Part shown: positions 1-11,100 of the stretch, piece by piece
Position numbering within the stretch: position 1 is the stretch's first letter
Layout: every line of letters starts with the position of its first letter
Assembly (NCBI GenBank): GCA_043228905.1
Contig: JBHGNT010000047.1
Coordinates: forward strand, 130,183 to 194,182
Origin: Azolla caroliniana
Lineage: Eukaryota; Plantae; Polypodiophyta
Reading direction: 5' to 3'
Length of the DNA stretch: 64,000 bases
Program-made: the position numbers and the translations under genes
Notes under the pieces: generated by a model
What the model saw: only the letters and a program-made list of their open reading frames with translations
What the model was told of the DNA's origin: nothing
Databases searched by the model: none

Positions 1-3000
1 TAGCAAAGTTAGCTATGATATGGAATTAAAGAATCAAGATTTTGAAACTTAGCTCGAGAGACATGAAGAAATTAGCATATTTGAGGAGGGAGTGGAGAAA
101 AGCGCGTTAGTAAATAAAAATCTTCATACCTGGCTCGTGTGATATCGGATTTTTGTGTTCAAACATGCGAATCGAAGGTAGAAAAGCTAGCTATGATATC
201 GAATTCAAAAATCAAGATTTTGAAACTTAGGTCGAGAGACATGAAGAAATTAGCGAATTTGAGGCGGGAGTTGACAAGCGCAAGTAGCTAAATTAAAATG
301 TTCATACCTGGCTCGTGTGATATCGGATTTCTGTGTTCAAACATGCGAATCGAAGCTAACAACGCTAGCTCTGATATGGAATTCCAAAATCTAAAATTTG
401 AAACTCAGGTCGACAGACATGAAGAAATTAGCAAATATGAGGCGGGAGTTGACAACAGCAAGTACGTAAATAAAAATGTTCATACCTGGCTCGTCTGATA
501 TCGGATTTCTGTGTTCAAACATGCTAATCGAAGCAAACAACGCTTGCTATGATATGGAATTAAAAAATGAAGATTTTGAAACTCAGGTCGAGAGACATGA
601 AGAAATTAGCAAATTTGTGGAGGGAGTTTAGAAGAGCGCGTTAGTAAATTAAAATGTTCATACCTAGCTCGTGTGATATCTGATATCTGTGTTCAAACAT
701 GCGAATCGAAGCAAACAACGCTTGCTATGATATGGAGTTAAAAAATGAAGATTTTGAAACTCAGGTCGAGAGACATGAAGAAATTAGCAAATTTGTGGAG
801 GGAGTTTAGAAGAGCGCGTTAGTAAATTAAAATGTTCATACCTGGCTCGTGTGATATCTGATATCTGTGTTCAAACATGCTAATCGAAGCAAACAACGCT
901 TGCTATGATATGGAATTAAAAAATGAAGATTTTGAAACTCAGGTCGAGAGACATGAAGAAATTAGCAAATTTGTGGAGGGAATTTAGAAGAGCGCGTTAG
1001 TAAATTAAAATGTTCATACCTGGCTCGTGTGATATCTGATATCTGTGTTCAAACATGCGAATCGAAGCAAACAACGCTTGCTATGATATGGAGTTAAAAA
1101 ATGAAGATTTCGAAACTCAGGTCGAGAGACATGAATAAATTAGCAAATTTGAGGAGGGAGTTTAGAAGAGCGCGTTAGTAAATTAAAATGTTCATAACTG
1201 GCTTGTGTGATATCGGATTTCTGTGTTCAAACATGTGAATCGAAGCTAACAAAGTTAGCTATGATATGGAATTAAAAAATGAAGATTTTGAAACTCAGGT
1301 CGAGAGACATGAAGAAATTAGCAAATTTGAGGAGGGAGTTTAGAAGAGCGCGTTAGTAAATTAAAATGTTCATACCTAGCTCCTGTCATATCTGATTTCT
1401 GTGTTCAAACATGCGAATGGAAGCTTACAACGCTAGCTGTAATATGGAAATTAAAAATCAAGATTTGGAAACTCAGGTCGACAGACATGAAGAAATTAGC
1501 AAATTTGAGGAGGTAGTGGAGAAGAGCGCGTTAGTAAATTAAAATGTTGATACCTGGCTCGTGTGATATCGGATTTCTGTGTTCAAACATGCGAATCGAA
1601 GCAAATAACGCTTTCTATGATATGGAATTCAAAAATCAAGATTCTGAAACTCAGGTCGACAGACATGAAGAAATTAGCAAATTTGAGGAGGTAGTGGAGA
1701 AGAGCGCGTTAGTAAATTAAAATGTTCATACCTGGTTCGTGTGATATCGGATTTCTGTGCTCAAACATGTGAATCGAAGCTAACAACGCTAGCTCTGATA
1801 TGGAATTAAAAAATCAAGATTTTGAAACTCAGGTCGAGAGACATGAAGAAATTAGCAACTTTGAGGAGGTAGTGGAGAAGAGCGCGTTAGTAAATTAAAA
1901 TGTTCATACCTGGCTCGTGTGATATCGGATTTCTGTGGTCAAACATGTGAATCGAAGCTAACAACGCTAGCTCTGATATAGAATTAAAAAATCAAGATTT
2001 TGTAACTCAGGTCGAGAGACATGATGAAATTAGCAAATTTGAGGAGGTAGTGGAGAAGAGCGCGTTAGTAAATTAACATGTTCATACCTGGCTCATGTGA
2101 TATCGGATTCCGGTGTTCAAACATGTGAATCGAAGCTAACAACGCTAGCTATGATATGGAATTAAAAAATGAAGATTTTGAAACTCAGGTCGAGAGACAT
2201 GAAGAAATTAGCAGATTTCAGGAGGTAGTGGAGAAGACCGCGTTAGTAAATTAAAATGTTCATACCTGGCTCGTGTGATATCGGATTTCTGTGTTCAAAC
2301 ATGCGAATCGAAGCAAACAACGCTTGCTATGATATGGAATTAAAAAATGAAGATTTTGAAACTTAGGTCGAGAGACATGAAGAAATTAGCAAATTTGAGG
2401 AGGGAGTTTAGAAGAGCGCGTTAGTAAATTCAAATGTTCATACCTGGCTCGTGTGATATCTGATATCTATGTTCAAACATACGAATCGAATCAAACAACG
2501 CTTGCTATGATATGGAATTAAAAAATGAAGATTTTGAAACTCAGGTCGAGAGACATGAAGAAATTAGCAAATTTGAGGAGGGAGTTTAGAAGAGCGCGTT
2601 AGTAAATTAAAATGTTCATACCTGGCTCGTGTGATATCGGATTTCTGTGTTCAAACATGCGAATCGAAACTTACAACGCTAGCTCTAATATGGAATTCAA
2701 AAATGAAGATTTTGAAACTCAGGTCAACAGACATGAAGAAATTAGCAAATTTGAGGAGGTAGTGGAGAAGAGCGCGTTAGTAAATTAAAATGTTCATACC
2801 TGGCTCGTGTGATATCGTATTTTTGTGTTCAAACATGCGAATCGAAGGTAAAAAAGCTAGCTATGATATGAAATTAAAAAATGAAGATTTTGAATCTCAG
2901 CTCGAGAGACATGAAGAAATTAGCAAATTTGAGGAGGTAGTGGAGAAGAGCGCTTTAGTAAATAAAAATCTTCATACCTGGCTCGTGTGATATCGGATTT

Positions 3001-6000
3001 TTGTGTTCAAACATACGAATCGAAGGTAAAAAAGCTAGCTATGATATGGAATTCAAAAATCAAGAGTTTGAAACTTAGGTCGAGAGACATGAAGAAATTA
3101 GCGAATTTGAGGCGGGAGTTGACAAGCGCAAGTAGGTAAATTAAAATGTTCATACCTGGCTCGTGTGATATCGGATTTCTGTGTTCAAACATGCGAATCG
3201 AAGCTAACAACGCTAGCTCTGATATAGAATTCAAAAATCTAGATTTTGAAGCTCAGGTCGACAGACATGAAGAAATTAGCAAATTTGAGGCGGGAGTTGA
3301 GAACAGCAAGTACGTAAATTAAAATGTTCATACCTGGCTCGTGTGATATCGGATTTCTGTGTTCAAACATGCGAATCGAATGTAAAAAAGCTAGCCCTGA
3401 TATGGAATTAAAAAATCAGGATTTTGAAACTCAGGTCGAGAGACATGAAGAAATTAGTAAATTTGAGGCGGGAGTTGACAACAGCAAGTACGTAAATTAA
3501 AATGTTCATACCTTGCTCGTGTGATATCGGATTTCTGTGTTCAAAAATGCGAATCGAAGGTAAAAAAGCTAGCTCTGATATGGAATTAAAAAATCAGGAT
3601 TTTGAAACTCAGGTCGAGAGACATGATGAAATTAGCAAATTTGAGGAGGTAGTGGAGAAGAGCGCGTTAGTAAATTAAAATGTTCATACCTGGCTCGTGT
3701 GATATCGGATTTCTGTGTTCAAACATGAGAATCGAAGCAAACAACGCTTGCTATAATGTGGAATTCAAAAATCAAGATTTTGAAACTCAGGTCGAGAGAC
3801 ATGATGAAATTAGCAAATTTGAGGAGGTAGTGGAGAAGAGCGCGTTAGTAAATTGAAATGTTCATACCTGGCTCGTGTGATATCGGATTTCTGTGTTCAA
3901 ACATGAGAATCGAAGCAAACAACGCTTGGTATAATATGGAATTAAAAAATGAAGATTTTGAAACTCAGGTCGAGAGACATGAAGAAATTAGCAAATTTGA
4001 GGAGGGAGTTTAGAAGAGCGCGTTAGTAAATTAAAATGTTCATACCTGGCTTGTGTGATATCGGATTTCTGTGTTCAAACATGCGAATCGAAGCTGACAA
4101 CACTAGCTCTGATATGGAATTAAAAATCAAGATTTTGAAACTCAGGTCGAGAGACATGACGAAATTAGCAAATTTGAGGAGGTAGTGGAGAAGAGCGCAT
4201 GAGTAAATTAAAAACTTCATACCCGGTTCGTGTGATATCGGATTTCTGTGTTCAAACATGCGAATCGAAGCTAGCAACGTTAGCTATGATATGGAATTAA
4301 AAAATTTGAAACTTAGGTCGAGAGACATGAAGAAATTAGCATATTTGAGGAGGGAGTGGAGAAGAGCGCGTTAGTCAATTAAAATGGTCATACCTGGCTC
4401 GTGTGATATCGGATTTTTGTGTTCAAACATGCGAATCGAAGCTATGATATAAATTAAAAAATCAAGATTTTGAAATTTAGGTCGAGAGAGATGAAGAAAT
4501 TAGCAAATTTGAGGAGGGAGTTGACAAGAGCTAGTAGGTAAATTAAAATGTTCATACCTGGCTCGTGTGATATCGGATTTCTGTGTTCAAACATGAGAAT
4601 CGAAGCTAACAACGCTAGCTATGATATAGAATTAAAAAATCAAGATTTTGAAACTTAGGTCGAGAGACATAAAGAAATTAGCATATCTGAGGAGGGAGTT
4701 GATAAGAGCTAGTAGGTAAAGTATAATGTTCATACTTGGCTCGTGTGATATCGGATTTCTGTGTTCAAACATGCGAGTCGAAGCTAACAACGCGTGCTAT
4801 GATATGGAATAACAAAATCAAGATTTTGAAACACAGGTCGAGAGACATGAACAAAATTAGCAAACATGAGGAAATAGTGAAGAAGAGCGTGTTAGTAAAT
4901 TAAAATGTTCATACCTGGCTTGTGTGATATCGGATTTTTGTGTTCAAACATGCGCATCGAAGCTAACAACGCTAGCTAACAACGCTAGCTATGATATAAA
5001 CTAAAAAATCAAGATTTTGAAAACTTAGGTCGAGAGAGATGAAGAAATTAGCAAATTTGAGGAGGGAGTTGACAAGAGCTAGTAGGTAAATTAAAATGTT
5101 CATACCTGGCTCGTGTGATATCGGATTTCTGTGTTCAAACATGCGAATCGAAGCTAACAACTCTAGCTATGATATGGAATTAAAAAATCAAGATTTTGAA
5201 ACTCAGGTCGAGAGACATGACGAAAATAGCAACCTTGATAAGGGAGTTGAGAGGAGCCCTTGAGTAAATTAAAATGTTCACCTAGCTCGTGTGATATCGG
5301 ATTTTTGTGTTCAAACATGCCAATCGAAGCTAACAACGCTAGTTATGATATGGATTTAAAAAATCAAGATTTTGAAACTCAGGTCGAGAAACATGACGAA
5401 ATTACCAAATTTGAGGTGTGAGTTGAGAAGAGCTAGTAGGTAAATTTAAATGTTCATACCTGGCAACTGTGATATCGGATTTATGTGTTCAAACATGCGA
5501 ATCCAAGCTAACAACGCTACCTATGATATGGAATTAAAAAATCAAGGTTTTGAAACTCAGGTCCAGAGACATGACAAATTTAGCAAATTTGAGGAGGGAC
5601 TTGAGTAGGGCGAATGAGTAAATTAAAATTTTCATATCTCGCTCGTGTGATATCGGATTTCTCTGTTCAAACATGCGAATCGAAGCTAACAATGCTAGCT
5701 ATGATATGGAATTAAAAAATCAAGATTTTGAAAGTCAGGTCGAGAGACATGAACAAATTACCAAATTTGAGGAGGGAGTTGAGTAGGGCGAATGAGTAAA
5801 TTAAATTGTTCATACTTCGCTCGTGTGATATCAGATTTCTCTGTTCAAACATGCGAATCGAAGCTAACAACACTAGCTATCATATGGAATGAAAAAATCA
5901 ACATTTTGAAACTCAGGTCGAGAGACATGAAGAAATTAGCAAATTTGAGGAGGGAGTTGAGTAGGGCGAATGAGTAATTTAAATTGTTTATACCTCGCTC

Positions 6001-7395
6001 GTGTGATATCGGATTTCTCTGTTCAAACATGCGAATCGAAGCTAACAATGCTAGCTATGATATGGAATTAAAAAATCAAGATTTTGAAACTCAGGTCGAG
6101 AGACATGACGAAATTACCAAATTTGAGGAGGGAGTTGAGTAGGGCGAATGAGCAAATTAAAATGTTCATACCTCGCTCGTGTGAGATCGGATTTCTGTGT
6201 TCAAACATGGGAATCGGAGCTAACAACGCTAGCTATGATATGGAATGAAAAAATCAAGATTTTGAAACTCAGGTCGAGAGACGTGACGAAATTAGCAAAT
6301 TTGAGGAGGGAGTTGAGTAGGGCGAATGAGTAAATTAAATTGTTTATACCTCGCTCGTGTGATATCCGATTTTTGTGTTCAAACATGTGAATCGAAGCTA
6401 ACAACGCTAGCTATGATATGGAATTAAAAAATCAACATTTTGAAACTTAGGTCGAGAGACATGAAGAAATTACCAAATTTGAGGAGGGACTTGATTAGGG
6501 CGAATGAGTAAATTAAAATTTTCATACCTCGCTCGTGTGATATCGGATTTTTGTGTTCAAACATGGGAATCGAAGCTAACAACGCTAGCTATGATATGGT
6601 ATTAAAAAATCAAGATTTTGAAACTCAGGTCGAGAGACATAAAAAAATTACCAAATTTGAGGAGGGAGTTGAGTAGGGCGATTGAGTAAATTAAATTGTT
6701 CATTCCTCGCTGGTGTGATATCGGATTTGTGTGTTCAAACATGCGAATCGAAGCTAACAATGCTATGATATGGAATTAAAAAATCAAGATTTTGAAAGTT
6801 AGGTCGAGAGACATGACCGATTTACCAAATTTGAGGAGGGAGTTGAGTAGGGCGAATGACTAAATTAAAATGTTCATACTTCGCTCGTGTGATATCGGAT
6901 TTCTTTGTTCAAACATGCGAATCCAAGCTAACAACGCTAGGTATGATATGGAATTAAAAAATCAAGATTTTGAAACTTAGGTCGAGAGACATGAACAAAT
7001 TACCAAATTTGAGGAGGGAGTTGAGTAGGGCGAAGGAGTAAATTAAAATGTTCATACCTCGCTCGTGTGATATCGGATTTCTGTGTTCAAACATGGGAAT
7101 CGGAGCTAACAACGCTAGCTATGATATGGAATTAAAAAATCAAGATTTTGAAACACAGATCGAGAGACATGACGAAATTAGCATATTTGAGGAGGGAGTT
7201 GAGTAGAGCCTTTCAGCAAATTAAAATGTTTATACCTCGCTCGTGTGATATCGGATTTCTGTGTCCAAACATGGGAATCGGAGCTAACAATGCTAGGTAT
7301 GATATGGAATTAAAAAATCAAGATTTTGAAACTTAGGTCGAGAGACATGAACAAATTACCAAATTTGAGGAGGGAGTTGAGTAGGGCGAAGGAGT
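1..7395 (+). repeat. 178-bp tandem satellite array, left of the retrotransposon (probable centromeric/pericentromeric satellite)
   Basis: The motif ATGTTCATACCTGGCTCGTGTGATATCGGATT...CAAACATGCGAATCGAAGCTAACAACGCTAGCTATGATATGGAATTAAAAAATCAAGATTTTGAAACTCAGGTCGAGAGACATG recurs every 178 bp (e.g. ATG at 298 and 476), all in one orientation. The centromeric role is inferred only from monomer length and array size. Confidence 0.97.
7391..7395. other. Target-site duplication GGAGT (left copy)
   Basis: GGAGT directly before TGTTG and repeated at 12900-12904. Uninterrupted monomers read GGCGAAGGAGTAAATT with a single copy. Confidence 0.95.
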
Positions 7396-8088
7396 TGTTG
7401 CAAATCAACGATTCGATTCACCTTCACCACTCGGCCACAACCGAGCAGTCGCGGATAAGTGCAGCAGAAAATAGGAAATACAGAGAAAGACACGATACAC
7501 AGGGATTAACGTGGAAAACCCAAGATGGGAAAAACCACGGGAGTCCTCAAACTCCAACTATCACTATATGCAGAGATGTACAATGGTGAAGCTTCAAGGC
7601 AACAACCTTGAGCTCACTGTCTTCGCCACAGACGGCGGTACTACACAGAGGCAACGACCTCTTAGTCTCTCTCTCTCTCTCTCTCTGTTTCTCACGCGGC
7701 TGCTCTAGCTTCGCATGAAAAATGAGCAACAACATAAAACTGTTTGCCCTAAGTCATATTTATACACATATGACTTTCGGGCTATTTACAAATATAGCCT
7801 CAAGGGCCCTTGGCAAACATATTCACAAATATGTCCCCGCATCCGGATCTCTCTCCGGGTACATTCGTCATCCGGCTCCGTAACCGGGGTCTTCGTCATC
7901 CGGCTCCGTAACCGGGGTCTTCATCATCCGGATCCGTATCCGGGTACTTCATCATCCGGATCCGTATCCGGGTACTCTTCATCCGGCTTCATGCCGGGTA
8001 CTCTTCATCCTCCGGTTCCGTAACCGCAACCGGGCTTGCCGTCATTCGTCTCCGGACATCCCATCCGGAGGGACCGTAAATCCCAACA
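7396..8088 (-). repeat. 3' LTR (693 bp)
   Basis: Preceded on the minus strand by the PPT. Matches the 5' LTR except C7957 vs A12768 by visual comparison. Confidence 0.96.
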
Positions 8089-8100
8089 AACTCCCCCTTC
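8089..8100 (-). promoter_or_regulatory. Polypurine tract
   Basis: Minus strand GAAGGGGGAGTT abuts the 3' LTR and overlaps the TGA stop of gag-pol. Confidence 0.9.
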
Positions 8101-11100
8101 ACTTCGGCATGGGATGTCTCTCCAATCCGATCCTCTTCCGGCATGCTTCCAGCTTGTTGGGTGTAAGTACCTTGGTCAGCATATCCGACCCGTTCTCGTC
8201 CGTGTGGATCTTCGTCAGCACGAACTCCTTGTCTTCTATCCTTTCCCGGATCCAGTGATATCTTCGCTGGATGTGCTTCGTCCGGGAGTGATAGGCCGCG
8301 TTCTTCGCAAGGTGGATGGCACTCTGACTGTCGCAGTAGAGTCGGTACTCCTCTTGCCGGATACCGAGCTCTCTAATGAAGTCCTTCATCCATATTATTT
8401 CCTTGCCGGCTTCAACAGCCGCCATGTACTCCGCCTCCGTGGTTGACAACGCAACCGTCTTCTGCAGCCTTGACTGCCATGAAACAGCTCCCCCTGCATA
8501 CGTCATCACATACCCTGATGTGGACCGGCTGGTATCTGCATCAGCCGACATATCAGAATCAGTAAAGCCGTCGAGTTCGGGCTTACCGGAGCCGAATCGG
8601 AGGCACACGTTTGCCGTGCCCTTCAGGTATCGGAGTATCCACTTGGCCGCGTTCCAATGCTCTTTGCCGGGTTTGCTCATGTACCGGCTCACCACTCCGA
8701 CTGCATATCCTATGTCCGGTCTCGTACACACCATGGCGTACATCAAGCTCCCGACGGCTGAGGCATACGGCACTTTCATCATATCCTCCTTTTCAGCCTT
8801 TGTCTTGGGACTTTGCTTGCTGGACAGCTTGCAGTTTGCCGGGAGGGTTGATCCGACCGGTCTTGCTTCCGACATGTTGAACCGTTGAAGCACCTTTGTC
8901 ACGTACTTCTCCTGTGACAGCCACAACTGCTTCTTCTTTCGGTCCCGGATGATGTGCATCCCTAGTATTTGCCTCGCCGGACCCAGGTCCTTCATTGAGA
9001 AGGTTCGGTGAAGCGCTTTCTTCAGCGCCCGTATCTTGACCTGGTCCCGTCCGACGATCAACATGTCGTCCACGTACAGGAGGAGTATTAGAGAGTCTCC
9101 TCCTTCGAACTTCTTCACAAACACGCAGTGATCAGACTGCGTTTTGTGGTACCCTTCGTCGGTCATGAAGGAGTCGAACTTCCGGTACCATTGCCGGGGA
9201 GCCTGCTTCAGTCCGTAAAGGCTCTTTTTCAACCGGCATACCAGGTGCTCCTTCCCTTTCTTCTCGAATCCTTCTGGTTGCTGCATGTAGATCTCTTCTT
9301 CGAGGTCACCGTGAAGGAATGCCGTCTTCACGTCCATCTGTTCTACCTCAAGGTCCATGCTTGCCGCTATGCTCAGCACCGTCCGGATGGAGGTCATCTT
9401 CACTACCGGGGCAAATATTTCGTCGAAGTCGACGCCCTTCTTCTGCTGAAACCCCTTCACCACGATCCTGGCTTTGTATCTCGGGGGGTTTCCGGCATCT
9501 CCCGGTTTCAGCTTGAACACCCACTTGTTTCGAAGTGCCCGCTTTCCTTTCGGCAACTCCACAAGTTCATATGTGTGGTTCTCATGCAGGGAATCCATCT
9601 CATCCTGCATGGCACTCAACCACCTGCGGCTCTGGGTGTCGTGCTTTGCTTCTTCAAAGCTCTCCGGCTCCCCTTCGTCAGTTAGCAGCACGTGCTCTGG
9701 TTCCGGAAATCTCCGGGGGGCCCTTCTCTCTCTTAGAGGATATCTCCGTTCCGGAGCTTCGGTGACCGGTTCTTCCGATTCTACTTCTCCATCCGAATCC
9801 ATTTCGGGATCGGGGCCGGTTCCGGTATCATTTTCATCTTCTTCGGCCGGTTCTGTTTCTTCACCGTCTTCGGCCGGATCCTCGAGTGCTAACCGGTCTC
9901 TTGCCGGTCGGGACTGCTCCTCGTAGAGTTGATCCTCACCGGTCGACTTGGAGCTCTTCATCTTCTTCTCCGACTCCCAGTCGGCGAGTGTCTTGTCCTC
10001 CATGAAGATGATATCTCGACTCCTGAATATCTTCTTGTCGACCGGGTCCCATACTCGGTAGCCGAACTCGTCGTCGCCGTAACCGAGGAATATGCATGGC
10101 CGGGTCTTTGGATCTAGCTTTCCTCTCCGGTCCTTTGCCACATGCACGTATGCGAGACACCCGAACACTTTCAGATGCCGGTAGAACACTTCCTTACCGG
10201 TCCACACTTTCTGCGGCGTGTCTCCGTCCAAAGGTACTGAGGGTGATCTGTTTATCACGTATGTCGCCGTCGACATTGCCTCAGCCCAAAACCCCTTAGG
10301 TAATTTCGCATGCGCCAGCATACTCCGGACCCTCTCCATTATGGTCCGGTTCATCCTCTCGGCCATCCCGTTCAGTTCCGGCGTCTTCGGCACAGTAAAC
10401 TCGAGCCGGATTCCCTTCGAGCGACAGTACTCCTGGAACTGCCCCCGGTATTCCCCTCCGTTATCCGCTCGTATCGCTTTCAGCTTCTTGCCGGATTCTC
10501 TTTCCACTCTCGCGTGGAGTTCTTTGAAGACGGACAATACTTGGTCCTTTGTCTTCAACGGTGCTGTCCACAGCTTCCGGCTGTGATCATCAATGAATGT
10601 CACGAAGTACTGGGCTCCGCCGTGTGACTTCGTTTCTACCTGACACACATCAGTATGCACCAACTCCAATGGTGCGCTACGTCTCGTCGGTGGCCTTGAG
10701 TGGAAGGAGGTTCGGTTCTGCTTACCGGCCAGGCAATCGGTGCACTTCTCCAGGTGCACATGCTTCACTGGGATAAGGTTGTCTTCTGCAAGCCTCTTCA
10801 TCCCCTTCTCACTCATGTGACACAGTCTTTTGTGCCACAGCTCACCGGCAGTGTCGGCTGCCACATTCAGCTCTTCCGGACATAACCGGGCATTCATCAG
10901 GTACAGTGTGTTGTCTTTCCGGGCCCGAGCCACTATCAGGCTCCCTTTGCTGAACTTCATGACACCGTTCCGGATGCTACCCGTGTAGCCTTCATCATCT
11001 AGCCTCCCGGCCGAGATCAGGTTCAATCGGACCTCCGGAACGTGTCGCACATCCTTCAGCAGCAGCTTGCATCCGGTTGATGTCATCAGCCACACGTCTC

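Noticed and set aside
7365-7395. Satellite purine run TGAGGAGGGAGTTG resembles the element's PPT (TGAAGGGGGAGTT), hinting at retroelement origin or homology-guided insertion
   Set aside because: A short low-complexity match on the opposite strand. A clean 5-bp TSD indicates ordinary integrase-mediated insertion, and I found no other satellite-LTR similarity.
7511-8023. ORFs within the LTRs (also 12322-12834)
   Set aside because: Antisense or repeat-derived (LSLSLS, SSSGS from micro- and minisatellites); their duplication only reflects LTR identity.
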